Origin: Octopus bimaculoides
Lineage: Eukaryota
Direction of reading: 5' to 3'
NCBI RefSeq assembly: GCF_001194135.2
Contig: NC_068983.1
Location: forward strand, 166,612,574-166,676,573
DNA: 64,000 nucleotides
The notes beneath the pieces were generated by a model. It saw only the letters and a list, made by a program, of their open reading frames with translations, was not told the origin of the DNA and did no database searches. A program made the translations under genes and the position numbers. Position 1 is the stretch's first letter. Each line of letters opens with the position of its first letter. This document shows positions 1-13,258 of this stretch, piece by piece.

Positions 1-392
1 ATTGACCCCAGTGTTCAGCTGGTACTTCATTTATTGACCCCGAAAAGATGAAAGGCAAAGTCGGCCATGGCGGAATTTGAACTCTGAATGTAGCAACAGG
101 CAAAATACTGCTAAGCATTTTGTCCAGCGTGCTAACGATTCTGGCAGCTTGACGCCTTAATAATAATTATAATAATGATTTCAAATTTTGCCACAAGGCC
201 AGCAATTTTGGAGGTGGAGTTAAGCTAATTAGATTGACCCCCAGGACTCAACTGGTACTTTACTTTATTGATGCTGAAAGGATGAAAGACAAAGTCACCC
301 TCAGCAGAATTTGAACTCAGAACATAGAGCTAAAGCAAAAATGTTACTGAGCATTCTGTCCAACATGCTAATGATCCTGCCAGCTCATTCCC
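1..392 (-). mobile_element. Two tandem copies of tRNA-derived SINE family B with (ATT)n flanks
   Basis: Minus strand reads GAGCTGGCAGAATCGTTAGC...GAGTTCAAATTC...GCCTTTCATCC...GGGGTCAAT; each copy is embedded in (TAA)n. Confidence 0.85.
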
Positions 393-424
<32 letters not shown>

Positions 425-564
425 TTATGTAACTTTTCATGAAGGTAAATGCACAATAATACTGTTAATGATAGTAATTAATAATAATAATAATAATGAT
501 GATGATGCTAGCATGCAGAGATAAATGTACACCACCACCAGTACTACTTAGAACTCCCCATCAT

Positions 565-565
<1 letters not shown>

Positions 566-613
<48 letters not shown>
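566..613. repeat. (CA)n microsatellite
   Basis: Direct reading; other dinucleotide runs include (TA)n ~2830-2870 and (CA)n ~20749-20798. Confidence 0.95.
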
Positions 614-617
<4 letters not shown>

Positions 618-1364
618 AGTTTCTATAAATGACTCCAGTTTCTCTCTCCCTCTCTCTCATTTTCTAAGTAGGAGCTAAATGATAACATCTGTTCATTTTC
701 AGGTTTATTGGTGGGTTGGTTGCTTTAGAAAATAACTCAATTTAACACACATCTCTTGTTGTGCACCCTAGATTTTCTAACAAGCTCTCTCTATTTTAGG
801 TTCATTATTTTGTTCATACAATCTTCTCCTCTCTGAATAATAAGATAATAATAATAATAATAACAATAATGATAATAATAACGACGACTCTTAAAGCATT
901 TTTTAGATTTTCATTGATTTGCTACATCCATGAATAAAAGCACTGACTGCTATTTATTTTTTTCTCGTGTGATTTTGGGGTTAAATGTTTAAAGTTAAAA
1001 CAGCTCTGTGAACAGGTTACTTTCGTTTTAATTTATGCAAGTAACCTCGGCCATAAATGTGTCCTACTCCTTTTTGTATATGTTTAAGTCCCTTGACCGC
1101 AGGAGATAGATTAAGACAATCGTCATATTGATGATGGGCATTGAAGCAGAAACTTGTGTCCATGGCTTTGACTGTCCTCATATCTGCAGACAACAAAACC
1201 TGTCCTTAGGAGAATCCTTGAATCTTGTGATTATCTCCCTTTGATCTTAATTAGTAATTATGATACATCCTCTAGAGGCAGAGATAATTTTAATAGATTA
1301 ATAATTAATCTTGTATGGTATTTGATATACCCATTTGATTTTCTAATTCCTAAAAATTAAAATG

Positions 1365-1740
1365 GGGATGGCATGGCTGTGTGGTAAGTAGCTTGCTTAT
1401 CAACCACAGAGTTCCAGGTTCAGTCCCACTGCTGGCACCTTGGACAAGTGTCTTCTATTATAGCCTTGGGCTGACCAAAGCTTTGTGAGTGGATTTGGTA
1501 GACAGAAACTGAAAGAAGCCCGTCATATATGTGTGCGTGTGTGTGTTTGTGTTTGTCACCCTAACATTGCTTGACAACCAATGTTGGTGTGTTTACATCC
1601 CCATAACTTAGTGGTTCAGCAAAAGAGACCGATAGAATAAGTACTAGGCTTACAAAGAATAAGTCCTAGGGTTGATTTGTTCGACTAAATGTAGTGTTCC
1701 AGCATGGCCACAGTCAAATGACTGAAACAAAGAAAAGACT
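1365..1740 (+). mobile_element. tRNA-derived SINE, family A (representative of ~20 full or partial copies on both strands)
   Basis: Head TGGCTGTGTGGTAAG...GGTTCAGTCCC (A/B boxes), central (TA/TG)n, tail ...AAATGACTGAAACAAG. Other copies include 1741-1910+, 1940-2300-, 12160-12350+, 13250-13430-, 26710-26850+, 36160-36450+, 43600-43810-, 61980-62140+ and 63000-63310-. Confidence 0.85.
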
Positions 1741-2824
1741 AGGTGCAGTCTTGGCTATGTGGTTAAGAAGTTTACTTCCCAACCACATGGTTTTCAGTTC
1801 AGTCCCACTATGCAGCACCATGAGCAAGTGTCTTTTACTACAACCCCAAGACCAATCAAAGCTTTGTGAGTGAATTTGATAGGCAGAAACTGTGTGGAAG
1901 CCTGTTGTATATCATCATTATTAAAATCTGTTTTTTTTTTTTTTATTCCCCCATGTTTGCACAGGTCGGATGGAGTTTATTGAGGCAGATTTTCTACAAT
2001 TAGCTGCCCTCACCTGTTCCCAAGCAGGGCTTTATATTCCCCCTTCACGAGAATATAGGAAGTTTATGACATTCATTTGCAATAGTCATGTGACGTCACA
2101 TGAGACAAACCCTCACACAGGTCTATCCATGTACAACAAGCTTCTTTCAGTTTCTCTTCACCAAATCCACTTTCAAGGCTTTGCTTGGCTTGAGGCGGAG
2201 TAAAAAGCACGTGCCCAATGTGCCATACACTGAGACTGAACCTGAAGCCATGTGATTGAGAAGCAAACTTCTTACCAAACAGCCACACCTGCACCTATCC
2301 CATGTGTGTGTCTGTGTGTAAGATGAGGATTTTTGTGTTTGTATTGGTTTGTTTACATCCTTCTAAGTGGTTTGGCAAAAGAAAGCAACAGGACGTGTAC
2401 CAGATTAAAAATGAAGTCCTGGGGTCGATTCGTTTGTGTAAACCCATTCAAAGCAGAGCGCCAACAGGGTTGCAGTCCAATGAATGAAATCAGTAAAACG
2501 GGAAATATGGTTTCTAATTAAACTAATTTCTCTCACACCATTGTTTCTGGTCCAGCTGGAGTCTTTTCTTGTTACTCATCCCATTAGTAAATAAACATTT
2601 CACACAATATTCAACAACATTTTGAAATTTATTTCACGAAATGTATTTATTTTGACAAAGGTTTTCTGATCAAATATTTCGTCTGCTGGTGTGGAATTTG
2701 TCCCTTCTTCCTACCAAAAATATTATTTCTATTTGTTTTCATAGTATTTCGAATACTTATGTTTGCAATTAGCTTTCCTATTTGGGACGGAGCCATTAAA
2801 GGGAAACTCTGTGTGTCTGTATGC

Positions 2825-2873
<49 letters not shown>

Positions 2874-3931
2874 AAATCTTGTGTCTATAATGAAGACGGT
2901 AAATATGGAAATGTGAAAATGATATACAATCTGTGATGAAAATGAACTGATAAGCAACAATTTATTCTTCGCTATAAATTACACTGATTGCCCAACATGA
3001 AATAAATTAATATAACAGGTTACAACCAAAATGTGTGAGAGACTTCATGGTTAGGCTGGACTGTTGATCTTGTAGACAGAGTTGACATACTGTTTGGGCG
3101 GGGGTGTAGAGGCAGCCATTGGTCTGTTGATTTTGTGGTGTTCATATGGCAACAATGTAGGCAGGCGTCTGGTGGAGATGAAAGCAGAGACTGGCTGGTG
3201 TCAGATACATTGTTACCAGAGACAAGTTGTGTGTGGTCAGTGGTGTGTGCCAAAGACCTAGTGCAGTCGAGAACTACCATTCTTATAGAGATCAGGAGGC
3301 TCCCAGGGCTAGTGATTAATTTCCCGCATAAGGAAAAATGAACTGTTGTGCCAACATAATTGGATGACTGGAAACTGACCAATATGAACAAGTTCGACTA
3401 ATCACAAGGTCATGTGACCTGCTGGAACGAAAAGGCCTGTGGAGCCAATATGCAGGTATTTAAGCCCAAATGACTCACAACGGAAACATCCCACACAATC
3501 ACTTCTGCTGCATGTCGAAGTTGAGGAGACAGGCTAAAAACTCTGAGACAACCGAAGTTCAAAAACATGAAGTTATTTTGTCAATGTGAGGTTGATAAAA
3601 GAAATTAGAAACATTTGTCAGGAACTTGTTCAAAAGTTAGCCTTTGTTATCCAAAAATATTTTCAAAATAGCTTAAGAATTGTAAAAAAAAGATTCTCTT
3701 TTAGAATACAAAATAATCTTCTATGACACTTTGCTTGCAGCTTTTTCTATGAAATTTTCCAACTGAGTAACAACAGCAAACATGTCATCAGAATTGTCAT
3801 GGATTTAAATAAACTGACTCAGAGAAGAGCATGAAGCTTGTGCAGAGATGTTGGTTGAAGGAAATCTTCTGAGTTAGATTCTTTGTCAGTCTCTGTAGCT
3901 GTTGGGTTGTATTTTTTTGAATGATGGTGTG

Positions 3932-5893
3932 TGTAGTATAGCGAAGGTTGCTGAATTACATCCCTTTGCTGGAAAACGCCATATGGTGGCATGGCAGCTG
4001 ACACCTACATATTCCAGCGTTTTGGGCACTCTTCCCCTCTCTCGCCATCCAGGATGCCAGGGAGCACGAATCTCTCTTCTGCCTAAAACCACAGACCACG
4101 TGCGGTTACTGCCATTCTAACAATGCCTGCCTAGCCGACTTCTTATCACTGTTGCTATAATGGTGCCTGTTCAATAGATTACAGACCACCGTCATTCTCC
4201 TGCCTCATGTTTGTCAAGTGTACAGGATATGTATGTTCATGGTAGCATCATTGCATTGTGGTTAAATATTTCTATTTTCAAGATGGTGGATGACTTTCTC
4301 CTCGCAGACATGACCTTATGGTCTTTCGCACATGTGCACCGGCGCCATTCGCTTTGCTTTGACTGGAGTTCTTCTGCTCAGCATTTCTCGTTTTGTACCA
4401 GTTGGACTGTTTTTTGCGCTGAAGAACAAACTACTCCCAGTATTTCTCCTTGCTTCATTGTGCCTACGATGCTGAAGTCTTTTGCTTACAACACTGCATC
4501 GGACAGAGCAATTGCTGCTGTTATTTCTCCTCCTCAGCTGCATGAAGGACACCTTTAGACATATCGGCCATTTTGGACTTAATTGGACTCTGCTTTAGAG
4601 ACTGCAAGTGTTCCCTGCCTGCGCATTGTATTGCATTTCTGTTGTCTGGTTGTCTGGTTTTTCACTTTTCTTTGCACATCACCTTCTTTTTCAGGACTTT
4701 ACCTATGTATGTACATATTTCGGAATATTGTGTATATTATGTTAACTTGTTTCAACGTTCATACGCACATGCACCACATCCCGTGTTTCCAGTTGCTTTC
4801 TCATTGCCCCTGCAGGCTAGCACCTTCTGCCTCTGCAACCGACCTACCACTCTTGCACACTAACAACACCTTTCCCCCACTGCAAGCGACCCACTGCCCT
4901 TGCAGGCAAATTCTTGGTGCTGCTCATCTCTCAGTAACCAACATTGTGTCCCAAACACTTTCACTTTTCTATCCTGTGATTTCCAGGACAGTTGTTGTCA
5001 CGTTTGCATGTCACATGTTCTCTGTCTCAAAACTTTGCTCTAATTTTTGCCTTTTCATGTATGTTTTGTGTTGTCAAACCCCCTGGCATATTCTGCAGTC
5101 TTGTTCACTGCCTCAGCCTTGCATTACCTACATCCATACAGATTCTGTACATTCCCTTGCATACCTTATTTTCAGCTTCTACATGGACTGAATTTATATT
5201 GTATTTTGCTTGCATGTTTTCTTGTTGCTTTTTTGTACATTTTCTATTTTCCTGTGTGCTCGTATTTGCATGTTTTCCAATGCTCTGATCTCCTATGCCA
5301 CCCACCTTTTTGCACACTTGGTCTGTGATGCACAGCTTTTAGCTCAAGGTTTTTTTGCATCAGACCCTGCAAACGGTGCTTACACTTTCCATTTCTGGCT
5401 CCTGCATTTTTTATTGCAACTTTTTCTGATACATCCATGCATTCCTGCTTTCCTTTGGCTTGGAACCTTTGGCTGCCAGAGATCACTCTCTGTGCTCAAC
5501 AGTTGGGACAGATTTTTCTTCCTAATGATGACAGAAAGTAGGTTTTTACATTTTTTCCCCCTTTCCTCCGCCTTTTGTGCTACAAATTTTAAAAAGTTAC
5601 CAACAGTGGTCTCGAAGGGGGATGATGTAGCATAGCAAGGATAGCTGATATACGTCCCTTCGCTGGAAAACGCCATATGGTGGCATGGCAGCCGACACCT
5701 ATATATTCCAGCGTTTTCGGCGCTCTTCCTCTCTCTCAAGATCCAGGATGGCAAGGAGCACGAATCTCTCTTCTGCTTAAAGCTACAGACCACGTGCGGT
5801 TACTGCCATTCTAACAATGCCTGCCTAGCCGACTTCTTATCACTGTTGCTATAATGGTGCCTGTTCAATAGATTACAGACCACCATCATTCTC
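3932..5893 (+). mobile_element. Non-autonomous LTR element: 228-bp LTRs at 3932-4159 and 5626-5853, non-coding T-rich interior
   Basis: Direct repeats of equal length begin TGTAG and end TGCTATA. TGGTGCC (PBS-like) at 4161; polypurine GAAGGGGGA at 5614-5622 just before the second LTR. No gag/pol motif recognised in the interior. Confidence 0.75.
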
Positions 5894-6234
5894 ATGGCAA
5901 CTTATTCAGCAAGTAACTCTATTGCCACAGCCTACAAGGAAATTAAACTGTCGTGTTACCAACTTTGCTGACACCTGCCATGAATCTGTTACAGTAATTC
6001 CAAGCCATGAACTGAATATATTGTCTGACTAAACCTCACACTCAACACTACACATGTTTCTGTTACCTTCACAATTTTGTTTTGTGACTAATTAGCTCTT
6101 ACTTGCCATTCAAAAGGATCCAAGACATGTGGATATTTGATTTCTTACCTCATGTAAAAGCTGTATCATCGATTCTAAATAAATTTTATTTATTTTGGTA
6201 AACAGTCTTCATCTACTTCTACACACCCGATACG

Positions 6235-6490
6235 CTAATTGTCTATTATGGCTTCGTCAGTAATCGATTTTGCTGCGATGTTGTTGTCATCGACGTATTC
6301 ATCAAAGGAGTCAGGTAAGTCGACTCCTACTTGTCTTGCTCGTCAAAACAATTCTACGAGTGGTCTTCTGCCATTTATGTCATCGGTAGGGTTCAGGGTA
6401 TTGTTGGAAAATCCAGCTTCTTTGAAGCAATTTGCCATTGTGTTTCTCGTGACAGATGACCAGGCACATTGCCATAAACGCAGAGCATTG
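6235..6490 (-). mobile_element. pogo/Tigger-like transposase C-terminal remnant
   Basis: Minus frame NALRLWQCAWSSVTRNTMANCFKEAGF...FDEYVDD...TDEAII with one internal stop; AWxxVxxxTxxNCFxxAGF is typical of pogo/Tigger. Confidence 0.7.
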
Positions 6491-6903
6491 TAATCATCTC
6501 GTAATCTTATAAATATGTGTTTTAACTCCTTTGTGTTTTCAAATACACATGAACAGTAAATGCAAAATAAATATGTTTACTAACTTCTGTTTGTGATTCT
6601 CCAAAATACATCCTTATTACTGTTTGGTTTGTATATAACAGAATTATTGAATTATGATAGCAAAAAGATCTGATGTGCACTCAGTTCAAGTTTTCTTTAC
6701 ACTTTGAGACAATAGGAGTAACGATAAAGTATTATTATATTGATGGGACACTAATTTACTTGGAGTTAAGCGAATGTTCAACTTAACTGACTTCGAGTTA
6801 AGCATAGCTTGTCACATGTAAAACAGTGTCTTGGGGTCGGGGCCAGAAAAAAATTCAACACAACTGAATGTTCAACTTACCCTGCTTCAACACGAGATTT
6901 TAC

Positions 6904-6935
<32 letters not shown>

Positions 6936-7322
6936 GCCAAATCAGATTGGAGCCTGGTGTCGCCTCCTGGTCCACCAGTCCTCAGTCAAATCGTCCAACC
7001 CATGCTAGCATGGAAAGTGGACGTTAAAAGATGATGATGATGATATATATATATATATTATATGTGTGTGTGTGTGTGTAAATATAGGTTTAGTGATGCA
7101 TGCAGGAAAATATAGAACTCAAAACCTGAATGTATGTATATAAATGTGTGTATGTAAACATACACACGTACACAGAGGAAGAGAGATGTATATTTTGCAG
7201 TCCCCTACTTTTCCATATGTAATTCTATATGGAACTAAAAAGAAAAAAAACACAAATAAGGATTACAAAATTAGAAACATATAAGGCATCTAAATATGTG
7301 TGTGTGTGCATGTGTACATAAC

Positions 7323-7326
7323 TCTT

Positions 7327-7393
<67 letters not shown>
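7323..7393. repeat. (CT)n microsatellite
   Basis: Direct reading. Confidence 0.95.
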
Positions 7394-7396
<3 letters not shown>

Positions 7397-8520
7397 ATCA
7401 TTTTCTTCCTCTTCTTCCTTATCTTCCTCCCCACCTTCATTTCCTATTCTCACTATAATCATCACATATCAACCCATACAGGTTTCCACTCTTGACATCT
7501 TAAATTTTCGGTAAATTATATGAAGCAGATGAAATTCTACATTCCCCACCGCCCATGGACATTTTTATTTATTTTTATTAAAGATTATTTTCTTTTTGCA
7601 TTTTGCTTTGAGGCATTTTTCCCCCTAATTCCCAAATAGTTAAATTAATAACCACCACCACCAAATGATGGGTAGGTGGTACTTTTGATGCAAGAACCGT
7701 TTCTGGAAAGGAAACATAATTGGTGATTCCATTGTATTGTTATTAACTGGGCTGTAAGTTGTTGATCAGTGGAGAACTTTACAAAGGAAACAAAAATCCT
7801 GACAGTGTTAAAAAAGGGGGGAAATCAGGCTTTTATATACTAAGATTTTTGATTTTATTCCATTTTATTCTGCCAAAGAAAACATGCTTTTATAAATTTT
7901 AACAGAAACAAATAGACAATTTCCTGTTTTTATATCTGGATTTAAATGTAGAATTAGTTTTGTTAACTTTCAGTTTTTAAATTTGCTCTCTGGAAGTTAA
8001 AAAGGCATTTAAAAAATTTATTTTTTGGTTTTTAAATTTTAAAATTATAAGCTTGTATCTGTTATTGTTCTTGGTTTGCAGTATTTTCTTAAAGTATAAA
8101 TTATATTTCTCTCTGTTTATAAAGCTTTCATTTTTTAAAATATTTTAAACTTTTAACTGTAGTTGTATATTTATGCCAGTTAGGAAGGAAAGTAACACTT
8201 TCCCATAATGTTTTCTTTTTATTATTTGAGGCACAGTTCTGTAGCAGAAATACAATTTTAATCCAATGCATTTTAGAGGCGAAACCAAGCTTTATGAAAT
8301 CTCTCTCTTTCTCTCTTTCAATTTCTCTGACCTCTCATTCATAAACCTTACTCTATTGTAGCTCAAATTCATAATTGAGATCAAATCAACATCAACATGA
8401 CACTAAAAGATATTGAAGACAATCAATAAACTCATAAGTTTTCCAATAAGAATCATCATCGGTAGACGGACAATTTGTTGACAGGCAGTTGGCCAGAAGA
8501 CAACTTACAGACAGGACAAT

Positions 8521-8653
8521 TGTGTGGCAGGGTGCAGAGTCCTGTTGCTAGACACAGGGTGTTCTAGCAATCACCCTCTTGACCCAAGGCAGCACAACCT
8601 CCTCCAGGCACTTGAGGTAGGCCTCCCTGTTGAGCCTGAGGCCGTGTGGGAAT
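8521..8653 (-). mobile_element. Tc1/mariner (maT/DD37D-like) transposase fragment
   Basis: FPHGLRLNREAYLKCLEEVVLPWVKRVIARTPCV*QQDSAPCHT contains the second catalytic Asp motif QQDxAPxHT. Confidence 0.7.
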
Positions 8654-9040
8654 TGTCTGTCAGCAAATTGTCTGCACACATTATCATCATGGCTTTAACG
8701 TACACAGGCAGAGCCCTTGCTTTCACGAACCCTCTTATGTTTACAAACAAGTTAATATTTATCCATGGCTGCACAGGTTTTGCACAGAAAATGGGAAACA
8801 AAGAAACATTGATTTTGTGTGTGTGTGTGTGTGTGTGTGATGATGGAGTGAAATTTAGGATTTCTCGGGGGTTTTTTAAATCAATTTTGATAAAACTTTC
8901 CCCATCTGGTTTGCACACCATCATTATGCTTTTGTTATTCTGAGTAACATCTTTTCTTCTTTATTTCAGATTCTTCAATTTTGGGGTGAACCACATTAAT
9001 AGCCTTTGAATGAAAATAACCCATGTAGACATTTTTTCCC

Positions 9041-10069
9041 CAGAAAATGAAGGGTAATGATACATATTAAGCAGACATTGAGTATATATTTAACTGAAAA
9101 CTATGATATTATAACATTTATTGACATAATGAATTATTTAGCCACATGAGCACCATTTCAATGGATAATTTCAAAAACCCTATCAGTCATGGAGTCTTGT
9201 CAATTTCTTAATAGTCGCAGGTTGGTCTGCCTCTGCTGCAGCTTTGATGGTCGCCTCTAAGACCTCTTTCGACATGAATTGGCATCCATCATCATAAACA
9301 TCTTGTTTAATGATGGACCAAAGATTTTCGATAGGGTTGAGATCTGGAGATGCTAACGGCCACACCATCAACCTTTCACCTTGTATGCTGTAAGACCCTA
9401 GGAATGTTTGGGTGGTCCTGGCAGAGTGGGAGGGAGCGTTGTCCTGCATGAATACAAGATTCCTTAGAAGCGACAGTGGTATGTCATCTAGCCAGGGATC
9501 TAAGACCTCTTTCAGGAGATTGCAGTAGGCTGCTGCAGTCACTTTAACCTTTCCAGGCACCCTGACTGGGCCAACAAGTCTGTCCCCAATGATACCAGCC
9601 CACAACATGACTCCTCCACTCTGTTGGTGATGTTCATCTCCAAAATAGACCAAACCATTTTCCCAACTGTCAGGTTCATCACTGGTTGCCCTGGTTTCGT
9701 CAGTGAACAGAACACAACTCATGGTCTAACGTCATGTACTTATGGGCCCATTAAAGCCTCAAACTCCTGTGGAGAAGCAGTTTCAGGGGTTCTCGCATGG
9801 AAGCCATGCTTTTCAGTACATGAGGAAGTCTGGAGGCAGAGGAAACGGCTTTGCTTGTTTGTCCAGATTTCCCACATAACTTGCGGCCAATATTCCTTGA
9901 ATCCCTAGCTGTCATAGTCTTGGAGGTCTCACAATCAGATTGTTTCTTCCTTGGCGCTCATGTGGCTAAATGATTCATTATGACAATAAATGTTATGATA
10001 TTATTATGGTTTTCTATTAAATATATATTCAATGTATGCTTAATATGTATCGTTACCCTTCATTTTCTG
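9041..10069 (-). mobile_element. DD37E (TRT-type) Tc1-like transposon relic with ~115-bp inverted repeats
   Basis: ORF 9183-9722 has VLFTDExRAT, FMQDNAPSH and SPDLNPIENLW, with 37 residues between the second D and E. Inverted repeats at 9041-9155 and 9952-10069. The N-terminal part has a stop and a frameshift. Confidence 0.88.
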
Positions 10070-11877
10070 AAAAAACAAAAGAAAAAAAAACCGGCCTGGA
10101 TGGTCTATTTTTATTGAAAAGTTATTAGCATGGTTCACCCAGAAACTGAAGAATCTAAAATAAAAAAAAGAAAGGACATTACACAGAATAATGAAAACAT
10201 AACAGTGGTGGTGCCATCGTGTGCAAAGAAGCTGGGAAAAGTTTTATCAAAATTGATTCACAGAAAACCTAGAAATCCTAAATTTCACTGCTAAGCTATT
10301 AGCATGGTTCTGGGTGTAAATAGAGATAATGGAGCCTGGTACAGCTCTCTGGCTCACCAGTTCCAGTCAAACCGTCTAACCCATGCCAGCATAGAAAACA
10401 GATGCTAAATGATGATGATATATAATTCTAGATTGGTGAAATAACAGAATCACTTAGTAGTTTTCCAGTGTAACTCAACCGGTTATCGTTTCTACTTAAA
10501 GCTGTCCTCTTATAGCAATGAAGTAAATTTTATTTCTATTGCAATTGCTGTGTCCACTTAAGCCTTCATAAGAACTTGTTTAAGTGGAATGAAAATCATT
10601 TCTACATTTATATCATATAACTAAGTTTTTTCCTTTCCAAGCCCATCCTCTGAGAACTTTCTGAAAAAGAGATTCAGCTCTTGAAAAAGACCCTGGCTTG
10701 TGTTCCTAGTTTGCTTTTAAGGGGCCAGACCTCAAAACAAGATTCATCTAATTGTTTACAAAATGAGTGACAACTTAAAAAGATAAAACAGATAAAGAAA
10801 AATCCAGCATAACGAGGTTAACAGTACAATTATAAATGTGTCTGTATTTAGCAAATGCAGAGTTGAATTCCTCTGAAAGGAAGCTAAGAGTTTGGAGATA
10901 AAATTTAATCCTGTAACTTTTAAATATTAAAACTTATGATTCTCTTTCCCTTGAAACCAAACAATATGCACAAAGCATCATCATCATCATCATCATCATC
11001 ATCGTCCTTCCACATCTGTTTTCCATGCTGGTATGGGTTGGACAATTTGACAGGAGCCAGCAACTTCATAATTGAAAACAGAATCTTGATAAAACATTTC
11101 CATGCAACATTGTTAACATTGCTAATAGAGTTTATTGTGTTTCTTAAATGTCGTAGATTCTTCAGAAACATCAAGTGATTCGCATAACTTAGTTGAGGTC
11201 TTTTTCTAGATTCTTCTTTAAAATTTATTAGGCCAATGTATCTACTTCAAAAATAGATTCTTTTGATTTGTGTCTGATTGGACCAAATGAAAGGCAAAAG
11301 CACTGAACACATGTAGTAGGAGCGACATATTATTTGAAACAGTTTGGTTCAGCCTCATGCAACTTAGTTTGCTGGGTTCTTCACAGAAACCTGGCCAGTT
11401 GGGCTCAAGCACCTCACCCTGACGAGCTAAGTTTCTCTAGGAAGACCTACTAAGTTGCACACGGCTGAATTACATTGTTCTAAATAATAGTAATCATCAT
11501 CATCATCATCGTTTAATATCCGTTTTCCATGCTGGCATGGGTTGAATGGTTCGACTGGGGTCTGGGAAGCCAGGAGGCTGCACCAGGCCCTAATCTGATT
11601 TGGCAGAGTTTCTACAGCTGGATCGAGAATGTAGTGGGTGCTCTTATGTGCCACTGGCACAGATAATAATAAAAATTCTTTCTACTATAGGCACATGGCC
11701 TGAAATTTGGGGAAGGAGGATAGCTAATTACATTGACCCCAGTGTGTAACTGGTACTTATTTAAGCAACTCCAAAAAGATGAAAGGCAAAGTTGGCCCCA
11801 GTAGAATTTGAACTCAGAACGTGAAGACGGACGAAATACTGCTAAGCATGTTAACGATTCTGCCAGCTTGCCACCTT

Positions 11878-11957
11878 GATAATAGTAATTATGATAATGA
11901 TAATAGTAATTATGATAATGATAATAATAATTATGATAATGATAATAGTAATTATGA
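11878..11957. repeat. 21-bp higher-order AAT/GAT repeat (GATAATGATAATAGTAATTAT, ~4 units)
   Basis: Lies between a family B SINE head and a family C tail. Confidence 0.8.
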
Positions 11958-12480
11958 TCCTTTTAACATTTGTTTTCCATGCTGGCATGGGTTGGATAGT
12001 TTGACAGCAAACTCCATTTCCAACTTTGACATGCTTTCTATGGCTTGATGCCTTTCCTAATATGCCAACCACCTCAGTGTTTACTAGGTGCTTTTGGGAA
12101 GCAAACTTCTTAACCAGAAACCCATTCCTGTGTGTGTGTGTGTGTGTGTGTGTGTGCACTCATGCAAGCAGGCATAGCTATGTGGTTCACTTCTACCACA
12201 TGGCCATGTGGTTAAAAAGGTCACTTCCCTACCACATGGGTTCAGATTCACTCCTACTGTGCAGTGCTTTGGGTCTTCTATTAAAGCTCCTGGGCAACAA
12301 AGCCTTGTGAGTGAGTTTCTTAGATGGAATTTAATAGAAGCCCATCATGTATGTATATGTGGCCGGGGGGAGGGGGAGAAATAATTCCATCTAAATTTAT
12401 ATATGCTTGTGTGTGTTTGTTTACACTTGTCCTCTATGAAAGTGACCCTCTACAGGTGGATTTATTTATTTTTTTGTTCT

Positions 12481-13258
12481 CAGTCCTGTCCGGAAACTTT
12501 GAGACTTTTTTTTAAGAAGCACTTCCAACTGTCCTACAGAGTTGTAATTTTAGTATGTCATTCGGTCTACGTCCAGTAAGCTGACCTCCCAACATTTTTA
12601 AAATTTATTCCAGATTAAAGCAGACAGTTGTAACAGCATTTTCAACACACCCTACTCAACACTGCTTCTCGTAGCTGACTTTGTTAGTAAAACACAGTTG
12701 GGGCATTGAAGACAATTTAGGAGTTTGTGACTCTGGGCAAGAACGCTATTGAAACTGATGAGATACTGCCGACTGCTTAGGGATTGACTTTCTATAAGCC
12801 AAGCATCTGTTTTGTTGTTGACACCAGGGGCTGGGCTAAGCAGGTCCACCATGAAGCTCACAATGACCCCCTCTTTCACTAGCAAGGGCATCATCTACTG
12901 GGTTCACTCTAACCAGACAGGCAACAAAAAGGACTTTTGAAGGAGTTCAGGAAAAGGTTTTCATTGCAAAAGACCTGAGGACACAGTTCTATCCTGGTAG
13001 CCAACTGAGGTGGGCATCAAAACTGCCCTTCACTCTTCCTACAGTCCAGGCCTTACCCTCTGTGATTGTTCCCCAAGCTGAAGAAGATGGAGGCAGTGGC
13101 CAGGGTCCTGGTCACCTCCACTTTGGAGGACTTCACAAAGTGGCCGCAGAGCATTACAGCAAGTGCACGGAAGTCAGAGGAGCATCCTACTATGGATTTC
13201 TTTGAAATTGTTTAATGTCTTTTCTGGAAAAGTCTCAAAACTTCTGGAATGCACCCTG
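12481..13258 (+). mobile_element. Decayed, internally deleted mariner element
   Basis: Degenerate TIRs (CAG...TTTGAGACTTTT at 12481 and inverse ending 13258). Remnant HSSYSPGLTLCD..PKLK near 13030-13085 resembles the mariner YSPDLAPxDF motif. Confidence 0.65.

Noticed and set aside
4211-5635. Cluster of long overlapping + ORFs (up to 202 aa)
   Set aside because: They arise from low A content in the LTR-element interior. The peptides are F/L/C-rich with no domain motif or splice support.
11419-11445. CTGACGAG motif as an HHR core
   Set aside because: Followed by only a 2-bp stem and GAAG, not GAAA. Likewise CTGATGAG at ~30716 and ~12756 lacks a stem II-GAAA.
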